A DNA stretch of 63,578 nt, filler included, from Octopus bimaculoides (lineage: Eukaryota): NCBI RefSeq assembly GCF_001194135.2. It is 6 parts of 5 records of this genome, joined end to end, with 100 filler letters (N's around TTAATTAATTAA, not from the genome) between each part and the next. Parts side by side here need not be neighbours in the genome. Positions count along the whole stretch, not along the records: positions 13,324 to 42,188 come from NC_068985.1; 5 more parts are not named here. One strand, given 5' to 3'. The notes beneath the pieces were generated by a model, which saw only the letters and a program-made list of their open reading frames with translations, was not told the origin of the DNA and did no database searches. Shown here one piece after another: positions 26,401 to 36,230 of the stretch. How positions within the stretch are numbered: position 1 is the first letter of the stretch; each line of letters opens with the position of its first letter. The position numbers and the translations under genes were made by a program.

Positions 26401-26568
26401 CACTAGACAAGAAGTTGAAAATTTCTTTGGCCCATTAAACTCCATGGATCCTAACTAACGCATGTGTAAAATTTGAATGAAATCGGTTGGGTAGTTCTCG
26501 AGTTTTAGTGATGCACACAAACAAACAGACAGATGGACGCACATGCTCAGTTTTATATATACAGATTA
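26401..26568 (+). mobile_element. Helentron-associated (HINE/DINE-like) short element
   Basis: Starts actaga, contains aaatttgaatgaaatcggttgggtagtt...acaaacagacagatggacg, and ends ttttatatatacagat, the typical layout of such elements. Confidence 0.45.
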
Positions 26569-26629
26569 TGGATGAAGATTAAAAAATAAATTGATAATAA
26601 AGTGTAAAACTTGCAAATATTTATTTCAG

Positions 26630-26683
26630 TGAGACCAAAATCAGTGACAAAGCAAGTCCAGACAGTTGCATCCACTTCAGAAA
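26630..26683 (+). CDS. Mini-exon 2 (54 nt, phase 1-1): xRPKSVTKQVQTVASTSE
   Basis: atttatttcag acceptor, gtaagt donor, open frame, KQVQT motif. Confidence 0.72.
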
Positions 26684-27158
26684 GTAAGTGTCAAATAACT
26701 GAACATAATTAATTTCTATAAATATTACCTTCACCTGAGCTACTGTTTGTCAGAATGACTGGGAACAGGGCCCATTCCTATTTTCCATTTGAAAGTAAGA
26801 TGTAAAACGATTCTATGAATTATATTACTGAAAAAAGAAAATGAAAAAGGAAAGACAAAACTAAGAGATAAACAGTGTTATCGAGGAGTAAGATGAGAGA
26901 GTTTCAGAATTGCTAAATAGTGTAGGGTGTCTCAATAGAGAGAGGACGATCCAAAACCAATTGAACTCATTGGTGGTAGGGTTTTCACTAGAAATGTGGT
27001 ATTGAAGCATTTGCTTAGATAAAGGTTGTAATATTTTAATTTTATTTTCCGTATCATTTTCATGCCATCATTTCTGACGGCACGGGCACACTAGTAGATT
27101 AATAATAGAGATAAAGTTGTTTTCTATTAAGTATAAAACTTAGAAACACATATTTCAG

Positions 27159-27209
27159 AGGCTTCAAAGATGAAAGAGAAAGGAGTCCAGACGGTGGCTG
27201 AGGCAGCTG
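27159..27209 (+). CDS. Mini-exon 3 (51 nt, phase 1-1): xASKMKEKGVQTVAEAA
   Basis: catatttcag acceptor, gtgagt donor, open frame, KGVQT motif. Confidence 0.72.
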
Positions 27210-27978
27210 GTGAGTATGAATTAAGAGTATCTAATTCTTTGCTATAAAGTTTACCTTCACCTGAGTTATTTTGTTTGTCAGAATGTCTGGGAGCAGGTTC
27301 TTCTTTCCTAATCTCCACCTGAAAGGTTGGCTGTAAAGTAATTGCATTAAATGTTATAATGAAATTCCATTCACCGAATACCAGTTTCTGTTCTGGCAGT
27401 GTAGAATGAATCATTATTCACCTTTTAAAATGCTACTTTATTAAGGTGTCTTGAAATATTTCCTCAATCAGACACCAACAGCAATGTTTCACAAAAGAGT
27501 AGCTGTATGTTTATCCTACCTGAGGTTGTGTGTTGTGTTTGTGGCCAGATCTTTGATGATCAACTTGGTTGACATTCATACAACACGTAAGAGGTGGACA
27601 ATGTTGTTTTGAGATGTCTAGAGGAGAGAGGACAGTGTGAAGTAATAGATTTGGCACTAAAATAGGAAATGAAAGAGAAAACTAAGTAAAAATTTGTTAT
27701 CAATTGATAATTGAATGAGATTATTGCAGAATTATCACATTATACAGAATGTTTCAATAAAGGAATGGGATCTAGAAATTTAATCTAGTTTGTGATGACT
27801 CAAAATACTGAGCTATTACACAACACTGTTGAGCCTGTAAAAATGTTAGCCAAAACCATATTGGTCACTAGTTGACCACTGATGATCAGTACAACTCATA
27901 ATGAAATAATATAGATTATTGATGAAGATTAAAAAAAAATTGATAATAAAGTGTAAAACTTGCAAATATTTATTTTAG

Positions 27979-28032
27979 TGAGGCCAAAATCAGTGACAAA
28001 GCAAGTCCAGACAGTTGCATCCACTTCAGAAA
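27979..28032 (+). CDS. Mini-exon 4 (54 nt, phase 1-1): xRPKSVTKQVQTVASTSE, near-identical to mini-exon 2
   Basis: atttattttag acceptor, gtaagt donor. Differs from mini-exon 2 by one synonymous change (AGA/AGG). Confidence 0.7.
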
Positions 28033-28449
28033 GTAAGTGTCAAATAACTGAACATAATTAATTTCTATAAATATTACCTTCACCTGAGCTACTGTTTGTC
28101 AGAATGACTGGGAACAGGGCCCATTCCTATTTTCCATTTGAAAGTAAGATGTAAAACGATTCTATGAATTATATTACTGAAAAAAGAAAATGAAAAAGGA
28201 AAGACAAAACTAAGAGATAAACAGTGTTATCGAGGAGTAATTAGATGAGATAATTGCAGAATTATTAAATAGTGTAGGGTGGAAATTTAGGAATGTGAAT
28301 CTATTTTATTGTAGACTTAAATATTGAGTTATTCCTTAGTAACACTGTGGGAATTTTTTAAAATGTTAACCAAAACCATTGTGGTCATCAGTTGAATGTT
28401 GTTGAAAGAAACGTCTCATCTCAAAATAATAAAATATTGTATATTAATA

Positions 28450-29815
28450 AAGATGAAGAAATTTTACTCATCATTGTTTCACTGTTGTACCTGTGCACCT
28501 TCCACACTCAGAAACTATTTTGCCAGTTAACTTTCCTTCGATCTTGCTGCACTTGTTATGAGTCTATAGTTTGCACCGGGTAATCTTATGAAGTTTATAC
28601 CACCAATGCCTTTCCTACAGATCGAGCAGGGCAATCTACTTGAAGGGATTTGAGATTTACCTGCTCTCCTACATTCTAAGACTTTGGTTTTTGTTTAGCT
28701 CTAAGACTCTTTGACTCCAGATCTTGCCTCCAGGGTTGAGATTTCTTCTCCAGTTGAGGTAGGGAATTGATTATAAGAACAAGGTCATCAGCACAGAGGA
28801 TCTCCCAGTGGTAGCATGTCTTAAATTCCTCTGTTAATCCCTGAGGACTATGATGAACAATACGGGGCTGAGGACTGATCCTTGGTGAACCCCTACTTGT
28901 ACACTGAATTCCTGGCTATGCCTGTTGGTAATCTTCACCTTACTGACAGCATTTCTGTACTTGGCCTGTACAGTTCCCTCCAAACACTCATCTATCCCTA
29001 GCTTCCACATTGATCACCAGATAAGGGAATGGGGGACTCTGTCAATGGCTTTCTCTGTGTCAACAAATGTCAGGTACATGGGTTTCTTTTTGGCTAGATA
29101 TTTCTTCTGCAGTTGCCTAACTAGGAATATAGTGCTGGAACAAATCCGAACTGCATTTAATCTACTCTAATATTTCTCTCCCTAATTGATTGAGCTATGA
29201 CCTTCTCTGGGATTTTCATCAACTGGTCCAGCTGTTTGCTGCCTCTGTAATTATTCCTGTCCAAGGCTTCACCTTTGCCTTTGTAGCAGTTGACTATGAT
29301 GTTGCTATACCAATTGTTGGGTATGACTCCCTTGTGGAAAACCTGATTAACTATACGGGTGGCTTAGCCTCCTGTATAGTCTGCCAGATATTTTAAGCAT
29401 CTCAGCAGAAATTTCTAATGGGCTGGGGGGTTTCCCCTGTCTTCATGTCCTTAATTGCTTTATCTACTAAGCTACTGTTGATTCGGATAGCTGGTCCCCT
29501 CAGTTGGGTCAACATCTCGCAGAAGACTCTTCCTCCCATTCATTCTCCACATTTAGCAGTTTTAAAAATGGCATTTCCAAGCCTCTTTTTTTGCAGAATC
29601 ATTAAATGCACGTGAAGCATTATCCATGCAGGCACATTTCTCTTGTATGACCTCATGATTTTCTCTCACACACTGTCTTGCAATCGGAAACACTTCAAGT
29701 CTTTTGGTCCTCATGTCGTTTTTGCTACTCCCTTGACTAGATGTACTTGTCTCCTAGCTTCTCATCTAGCTATGTGATACAGTTCCCTGCTACCCCTATT
29801 CTTCCACTCCTATAC
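28450..29815 (-). mobile_element. RTE-clade LINE RT-domain fragment (same family as 24520-25910)
   Basis: The minus strand reads GVHQGSVLSPVLFIIVL followed by a degenerate YADD region, and contains the same Cys-rich insert. Confidence 0.8.
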
Positions 29816-29854
29816 AGTGCTATGAAATATAAAACTTGCAAACACATATTTCAG

Positions 29855-29905
29855 AGACTCTGATGATGGAAGACAAGCAAGTCTGGACGGTGACAGAAGC
29901 AGTTG
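29855..29905 (+). CDS. Mini-exon 5 (51 nt, phase 1-1): xTLMMEDKQVWTVTEAV
   Basis: catatttcag acceptor, gtgagt donor, open frame. The motif Q is replaced by W. Confidence 0.65.
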
Positions 29906-30854
29906 GTGAGTATAAATTACCAATACCTAATTGATTTCTCTAACATATAAACTATACAGATAGAAATAACAGTATCAGTTTCCAGTGTGACTTGAACACT
30001 CAACTCTTTGTTCATAACTGTCTATAATTAGTACCTTTGGCTTTAGTTCTGACTTCATTATTTCCTTTAAATTAGATCTTCAAACCTAGTCCTTGTAATG
30101 TGGCCAACAAAAGAATTTATTATTAGTAGTTGACACAGAACCTAGAAATGGTTTTCTTTGATTGCTCACATAGCCACCATAATATCAACCTTGCTCAGAT
30201 GCAATCATATTTATTTTAATGAAGGCCACATATTCTTTAGTCAGGTTATATACAATCCACATCAATACCTAGTATTTCACTGTCAGTCAGTGTGCTATAG
30301 TATTATATATATATATATATGTGTGTGTATGACAGAGAAAGAGAGAGAGAGAGAGATGAGAGACAGGTATTCCCCGTATAGAATAGACTTTGTAGTGCTC
30401 AGGTGCACTCGAGCAGGTAGAGGAGTAAATGTAAGGAGAAGGAGCAAGTTAGGTTAAGTTGGTATACAAAGAATATTAAATACATTTGATACAAAAAAAT
30501 GTACATATGCTTACATATAAAAAGGTCCGACTTACACAGAATAGAAATGATATCAGGAATTAAAGGGGTTGAAGAAAAGTTTTAATATTCTTTGTATATC
30601 AATTTGCCTAACTTGCTTATTCTTCCATTTATTCCTCTGTGTGTATGTGTGCGCACGCGTGTGCATGTGTGCATCCACCATTAACATGATAATTAATCTG
30701 CTATTGTTCATTAATTTTCTTACACCTGTATGTCTATGTAACCTTATTTTGTCATCTTCCCTCACCTAACATTTTACACTCTGTTACCCTCTATGTAATG
30801 TGATTGTTTTGCTTGGGTACAGGACCATAACCCTACAAAGTAGGATTATTTCTG

Positions 30855-31260
30855 TATTTTTATGAAACGAACTGTAAAGAAATAGCTGGAGGTAGTTGGT
30901 AGCTTTCTTTCTTTAGGTAGCAATGTCAATAACAGATGTGGATGCTGTGAGAGCGTAGCTGGGAGAATAAGAATAAGCTGGGCAAAGTTCAGATTTGCTT
31001 TGCTTTCGAAGAAGACCCATCAAGTCGAGTGGGATCGTAGTCATGGCAGATACTGGTGTCATGCAAGTAGCACCCATGTTGGTGGCATGTAAAAGGACCT
31101 GTTACGCTTTCAGAGTGGTTGGCATTAGGAAGGGCATCTAGCTGTAGAAAGCATGCCAAATGAGACTGGAGTCTGGTGCAGCCCCTCAGCTTTCCATCCC
31201 TGGTCAAATCGCCCAACCCATGCTAGCATGGAGAATGTACATTAAATGATGATGAGGAGG
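30855..31260 (+). mobile_element. RTE LINE fragment plus 3' end
   Basis: LEVVGSFLSLGS...GRIRISWAKF, then the ggaagggcatc...ccatgctagcatgg...gatgatga tail. Confidence 0.65.
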
Positions 31261-32608
31261 ATGTGGATGAACTGAGTTGACATCAGAAATAAACAAAATG
31301 AGATAAATGTTGTTTAGTGAAGGAGGGCTCTTGTCTATTTGGTTGTGGTTCTAAATATTTAGCTTATCACATATTGTTACAACTTAGTAGTTTTGACCAA
31401 AAGCATGGTTGGTCACCAGTTGACCATTTATGATAGAAATGTTTTACAATAATAAAATGTAGATCATTAATTCTTTCGTTACTGTATTTGAGATGCTCTG
31501 TGTTTCTTTCAATTACTTTAACTATAACAAAGAATTTAGTAAAATAATTTAGTTATCATTCAACTAGTGTTAAGAACATAAATTGTAACTAAGGTTTGGT
31601 GGAAGATTTTAATTCACAACTTAAGAAAACATTTGTACTCAAAGCCAGAGCTGGTTTCAACCAGGTTGGTAATGAAAGGGTTAATAAAGATAGTGAAATT
31701 ATGCTATAAAATGTAAAACTTGGAAATATCAGTCATTTGGTTTGAGATTGTTATGGAGATGTTACGTAGATCACCTAAGACAGCATCAGTGGATGACATA
31801 ACAATACTAACGACAGAGCAAAATGGTATGCAAATAGTTCTCGATGGACTGGATTAACTAATTAGTTGGTCAAGAATGTGGTTTAAGGCAATAAATAATG
31901 TTGTCAGTTGCCAAAGGTCAACAGAAACAAGTGAAATTCAAAGAAGCAGGAGAAACCATGCCAAAGGATAAAGACAGACCTGTAAACTGTTGAGGACAAT
32001 GGTACACCACCTCATTGTCCAACAAAAGTAGAGGCATTGAGATCATGGCACAAAGAGAAGACACCTTATAAGCAATAGATAAGTCAAAACTTTTTGGAAA
32101 TAAAGGATTTAAAAAAAATTATTTATTAAGGAGTCTTAAAAAAAATGTTTCCTGAATCAGATGATGTTCTTGTGAACTGGGATGTGGGGAGTTATGATTC
32201 AAGATTACAAACAACAACCCTTAACAAAGAAGTTAGGTATATGTTTATCCTACATGTCTGCCATTGTATTTGTGGTTAGATCTTTGGAAAGCACCTTTGT
32301 TTGACATTGGAATTAAGCAGAAGATGAGAAGAATGTTAGTGAAGTCAAATCATAGATATAAGGAAGGAAATAGAGAGTACCAAGAAAAAAACCAGTCTTA
32401 TCAAATGATAATTAAATGACGTCTTAATAGAGAAACGAGATTTAGGAAGGTTAATCTATTTTGTTGAGAACCTATGGGACTACATGGGACCACTGTAGAA
32501 AGATAAAAAAAGTTGAACAAGACCATAGTGGTCACCAGTGGACCATTGACAGTAAGAATGCCTCAGTAATAAGGAATAGATTATAAACCTTGGAAATATT
32601 TATTTCAG

Positions 32609-32680
32609 AGAGTCGAAAGCTGGAGGAGAAGGATCTTCTGAGGGTGGCCAAGAGGTTAGGAAGTGATTGGTGGCAAGTGG
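32609..32680 (+). CDS. Death domain exon 1 (72 nt, phase 1-1): ESRKLEEKDLLRVAKRLGSDWWQV
   Basis: atttatttcag acceptor, gtgagt donor. L..VA..LG.DW matches death-domain helices 1-2. Confidence 0.85.
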
Positions 32681-33599
32681 GTGAGTATGAAATTACAGTA
32701 CCTAACTGATTTCTATAAATTTTACTTTCACCTGAGTTATTTGTCAGAATGAAAAAGTACAGGTTACATTTCTAATTTCCAATTGAAAGGTTAACTGTAA
32801 AGCAATTCTATTAAAGATATTACTAAAAGTTCATAAAATATCCACTGAGGTTAGCATGGTTGGTAATAATGGATAAACTAGAAGATACAAATGGCGTTTA
32901 ATATTGTCTTTTTGGAATAAGGAAGAAAAATATGTTGTTCAAGGGTAAACAGCTGAGTTAATGACATTTTGGTTTGTCCTTATTCCAAAATAAGACCTTG
33001 AGTTAGGTTCTTCTTGAAACCATTATGGGTTGGGTTATTGTGTTGGAAGCTGATAATTGCAATTTATATTGCCATATTGGAATGACTTTACCACATGATA
33101 TATGTCTTTAGATGTTTCAATAAAAACAGGCTGAATAGGGGTGACGCAGCCACATCATATCATATTCCCTGCAGCCAAAAAGAGAGAATCCCTTTAAAGA
33201 AATTTATCAGAAAATGAATATTCACAAGTCAAGCCAAACTGGAGGTGGCCTCTCTTACTGGGACTGACATAATTAATAACTGGATAGGTTCAGGAAAATT
33301 GGTCGAATCTGGAGTTCATTGAAGAAGACTCAAATGGGATTGAATTTCGATTTTCAGTGTCCTATTGGGAACTTTACAAAGGGGATTGATTGCGCTGAGA
33401 TATATTACTTTCATGACCCTTTGAATATCAGATCTGAAGTCTGCCAGATTAAAATAGATTTATAGGATTCCTTTAAAAGGTCTCTGGAGTAATGTTACTC
33501 ATAACGATGTATAGTTTAGAGATCAGGGAGTCTCTCCAGGTTGAGTCACTTCTTCTCCACACCTGTGATACTACAGAAATGTGATCAGAATGTCACAGG

Positions 33600-33830
33600 A
33601 ATGAATTACAAGATTGGTTCTTCAAGCCAAACCAATGGAGCTGGAGACCTAGGGGTAAACTAAGAATGAAATGGTTGGATGATATCCATAGACTTAGTTG
33701 TTCATGCTTGAGAATCCAACCAAAATGTGTAATGATGGTTGTTTCTGATAGGACTCTGTGGAGGAGGAGGTGCCTGAAGACTCTATTCCCATAACCCTCC
33801 CAGGAATATTGAGCAGAGGGAATGGATGGA
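33600..33830 (+). mobile_element. RTE-type LINE 3' coding end, degenerate
   Basis: RPRGKLRMKWLDDIH...VSDRTLWRR resembles the RTE ORF C-terminus. Confidence 0.5.
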
Positions 33831-34137
33831 TCAAATGGTTTGCCTGTTGGTCGTCTATGTTGATACTTTAGATTTTCATACATTTTTGTTTACAGAAACA
33901 CTCCTGCCTTTTGTTTACCATAAATATTCTCAAGTGTAATTTTCAATAAATTTTCTTTAAAAATTTCCTTTAATTCAACCGCTTTATTTTTGTTTTTGTC
34001 ATCTTTAGAAATAGAAAACAATGCCTTACATTCTTCGTGTTTGTTAGTTATTCTTTTGTCTTCATTGGAATTGTTTGTTTGTTTGTTTGTTCATAAAAAG
34101 CCGACGGTACACAACTTTTGTATTATTGTTGTTGCAG

Positions 34138-34337
34138 GTGTTTTTTTAGGTATTGAAATTACTGAGCTGGAAATTGATGATGGTTCTAATAACACTGTAA
34201 AACAGGGCTACAATATGCTGTACGAATGGTTTACAAGTTGTGATCCACAAACACGAATACTCGAAACATTAAGTGCAGCTCTTGAAGAAGCTGAGTGTTT
34301 GACTGCACTTGAGTGCTTGTCATTAGTTGCAGAGTGA
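34138..34337 (+). CDS. Terminal exon, death domain C-terminal part
   Basis: ttgcag acceptor. GVFLGIEITELEIDDGSNNTVKQGYNMLYEWFTSCDPQTRILETLSAALEEAECLTALECLSLVAE* fits the death-domain pattern LG...EL..I / Q...ML..W / L..AL. Confidence 0.85.
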
Positions 34338-34938
34338 ATTGCTGTGTAAATGTTGTTGTCTCAGGTTAACCTTGACCAAACAGGGGCTTATGATTAAATG
34401 CATTCCAGCCAGGGCCATCCTGTCTTTTTCTTGAGTGTAGACAACTCAGAACCATATTGTTGAATGCGTCCTACTTTAAAGGGATAAGGTGTGAAGTACA
34501 GTGGATTTGGCTACTAATTCTAGCAGGACTGTCTATCTCATAGAGACGCCCTTCACTGGTTTGGCTCCTTTGTTAAAAATTGACTTTTGAAATAAAGATA
34601 AACTTCAAAATGTTCATTTGTTGTTGTTCTTGGATATCTAATCCCCTCCCTAAACACTTCCATTGTTATAAAGACAGTTTTAATATCCTCTGCTATTTTT
34701 AATACTTATCTACCTTCATTCATAGCTGAGAGTAGAATACTTTCTACATATATACTGATGTTTTTTCTTCTTATATAGTATTTCTATATAAGCACAATGT
34801 ATGTACAGATATTTCACTCTGTCCTGTTGTGGTTTAAGACAGACTTCTCTAAAGTAGGGTTAGTAGAATGTTCTATTTTATATTCTAGCTGGAGGATCAT
34901 CGTCATTTATTGATTACTGCAAATGTTGTGCCTATGAA

Positions 34939-34944
34939 AATAAA
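34939..34944 (+). promoter_or_regulatory. Candidate polyadenylation signal AATAAA
   Basis: About 600 nt after the stop codon, followed by T/GT-rich sequence. Another AATAAA is at 34591-34596. No transcript evidence. Confidence 0.3.
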
Positions 34945-35812
34945 TCCCAAAATTTAAAAGTTAAAAATAACTGTACTGAAAAATCCTGTTGTAATTAATT
35001 TGTTATTTTAATTCCATGTGATTGTGGAAAAGCTACAGTGTCTCCCTCTTTTTATATAACTTTGGATAAAGGAAGTGTACAACTTTTTCCCTACAATGTT
35101 TGTCTTCATACTATTTGAAGTTATTTTAATTTGTATTAATTTTCAAGTTCTTACAGCAGAGACCAAGATTAAAGAAGGAAAACACATGAAACTTTTATGC
35201 ACATATGACCACTAGGCTGAATGTATTTAGGGATGTTCAGCCAATAGCTGTTTGTTTGTCTCGCCAACCCACTGCTTGGGGACTGTGGATGCTAGTTCAG
35301 AAGTTAGACTTTATATTATAATTCTCCAAATGTAGGTCACTTCCTCACTCATTACTTCCCCTTGACCGTAGTTTGCACCTTTATCTCCCTCTCTATTTCC
35401 TTTCCTACGAGTTAATTCCTGTCTATTTTAAAAAGCATTTGTCCACCCCAACCGCCTTAATTCACAATTGTCCAGATAAGTACCTCTCTAGGTTTTAATG
35501 ACACTACTGGCCTTGTTTATTCGTTTGCATTCTGCTTGCTTACATTTTTTTTTATATGCAATGTCCTAAGCGATTTGGGCCACTTAAAACATCTACTGCT
35601 TTTCCACACTTTTATTCATTCATTCATTCATTCCACCCGTATAAACAGTCTTGTCCCTTTGTTTTTAAATTCAACTGAATAACTATATCGAAAGCTGGTC
35701 TTTGGTCAAACCCATTACGGACAATAGGTGGTTGGTCTTTACAGCATATCAGTAAGTAAATAACTGTAATCAATTGATGGGCACTTTATTATGATAAACT
35801 ATTAATTAGTAC

Positions 35813-36030
35813 TATTGGATTGGTGCATAATTATTGCACCTTTTTTTTAACAAAAACAATAACAACATGTAAGAAAAACATCTTTAAATGATTATTCCGG
35901 AGCATATTCACCATCTACTTCAATTAATGCTTTCCATTTGCTTGGCAGACGGTCAGAATAATCATTTAAAGATGTTTTTGTTAAATATTGTTATTGTTTT
36001 TGTTGAAGAAAAGCCTCAATAATTATGGTC
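35813..36030. mobile_element. Mariner-derived MITE with long inverted arms
   Basis: TA plus ttggattggtgcataattattgc, a mariner TIR-like end. Arms 35841-35897 / 35956-36012 include a perfect 24-bp inverted repeat. The centre encodes a transposase C-terminus on the minus strand (RLPSKWKALIEVDGEY). Confidence 0.65.
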
Positions 36031-36086
36031 AAACTAAAGCGTTTGACCCGGTGACAAAAATACGGGTCAAACGCTTTAGTTTGACC

Positions 36087-36230
36087 CTTAATTTATCGAC
36101 CCGGAAAGGATGAAAGGCAAAGTTGACCTCGGCGGAATTTGAACTCAGAACATAACGGCAGACGAAATACCGCAAAGCATTTCGTCCGGCGTACTAACGT
36201 TTCTGCCATCTCGTCGACTTCTGACGGATA
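36087..36230 (-). mobile_element. SINE 5' half
   Basis: atcgacccggaaaggatgaaaggcaaagttgacctcggcggaatttgaactcagaac. Confidence 0.7.

Larger units (their letters stand above)
20780..33000 (+). repeat. Locus-specific tandem duplication of an exon-plus-intron unit
   Basis: Shared blocks recur around each mini-exon: aaaacttg(c/g)aaa(t/c)a...tttcag upstream, and tttctataaa...ttcacctgag...gtcagaatga...ggttagcatggttggt downstream. Longer blocks at ~20790-21300, ~23380-23870 and ~30690-30860 are mutually similar. Confidence 0.8.
14517..34337 (+). other. Multi-exon gene span: ankyrin-repeat / C3HC4 RING / K-x-V-Q-T mini-exon array / death-domain protein (putative E3 ubiquitin ligase, MIB-like ANK-RING module); 5' end unresolved
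   Basis: Ten exons join in one frame with compatible phases (0,0/2,2/1, then 1-1 x6, last exon phase 1 to stop): 14517-14723, 16889-17064, 19314-19456, 22095-22145, 26630-26683, 27159-27209, 27979-28032, 29855-29905, 32609-32680, 34138-34337. Confidence 0.85.
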
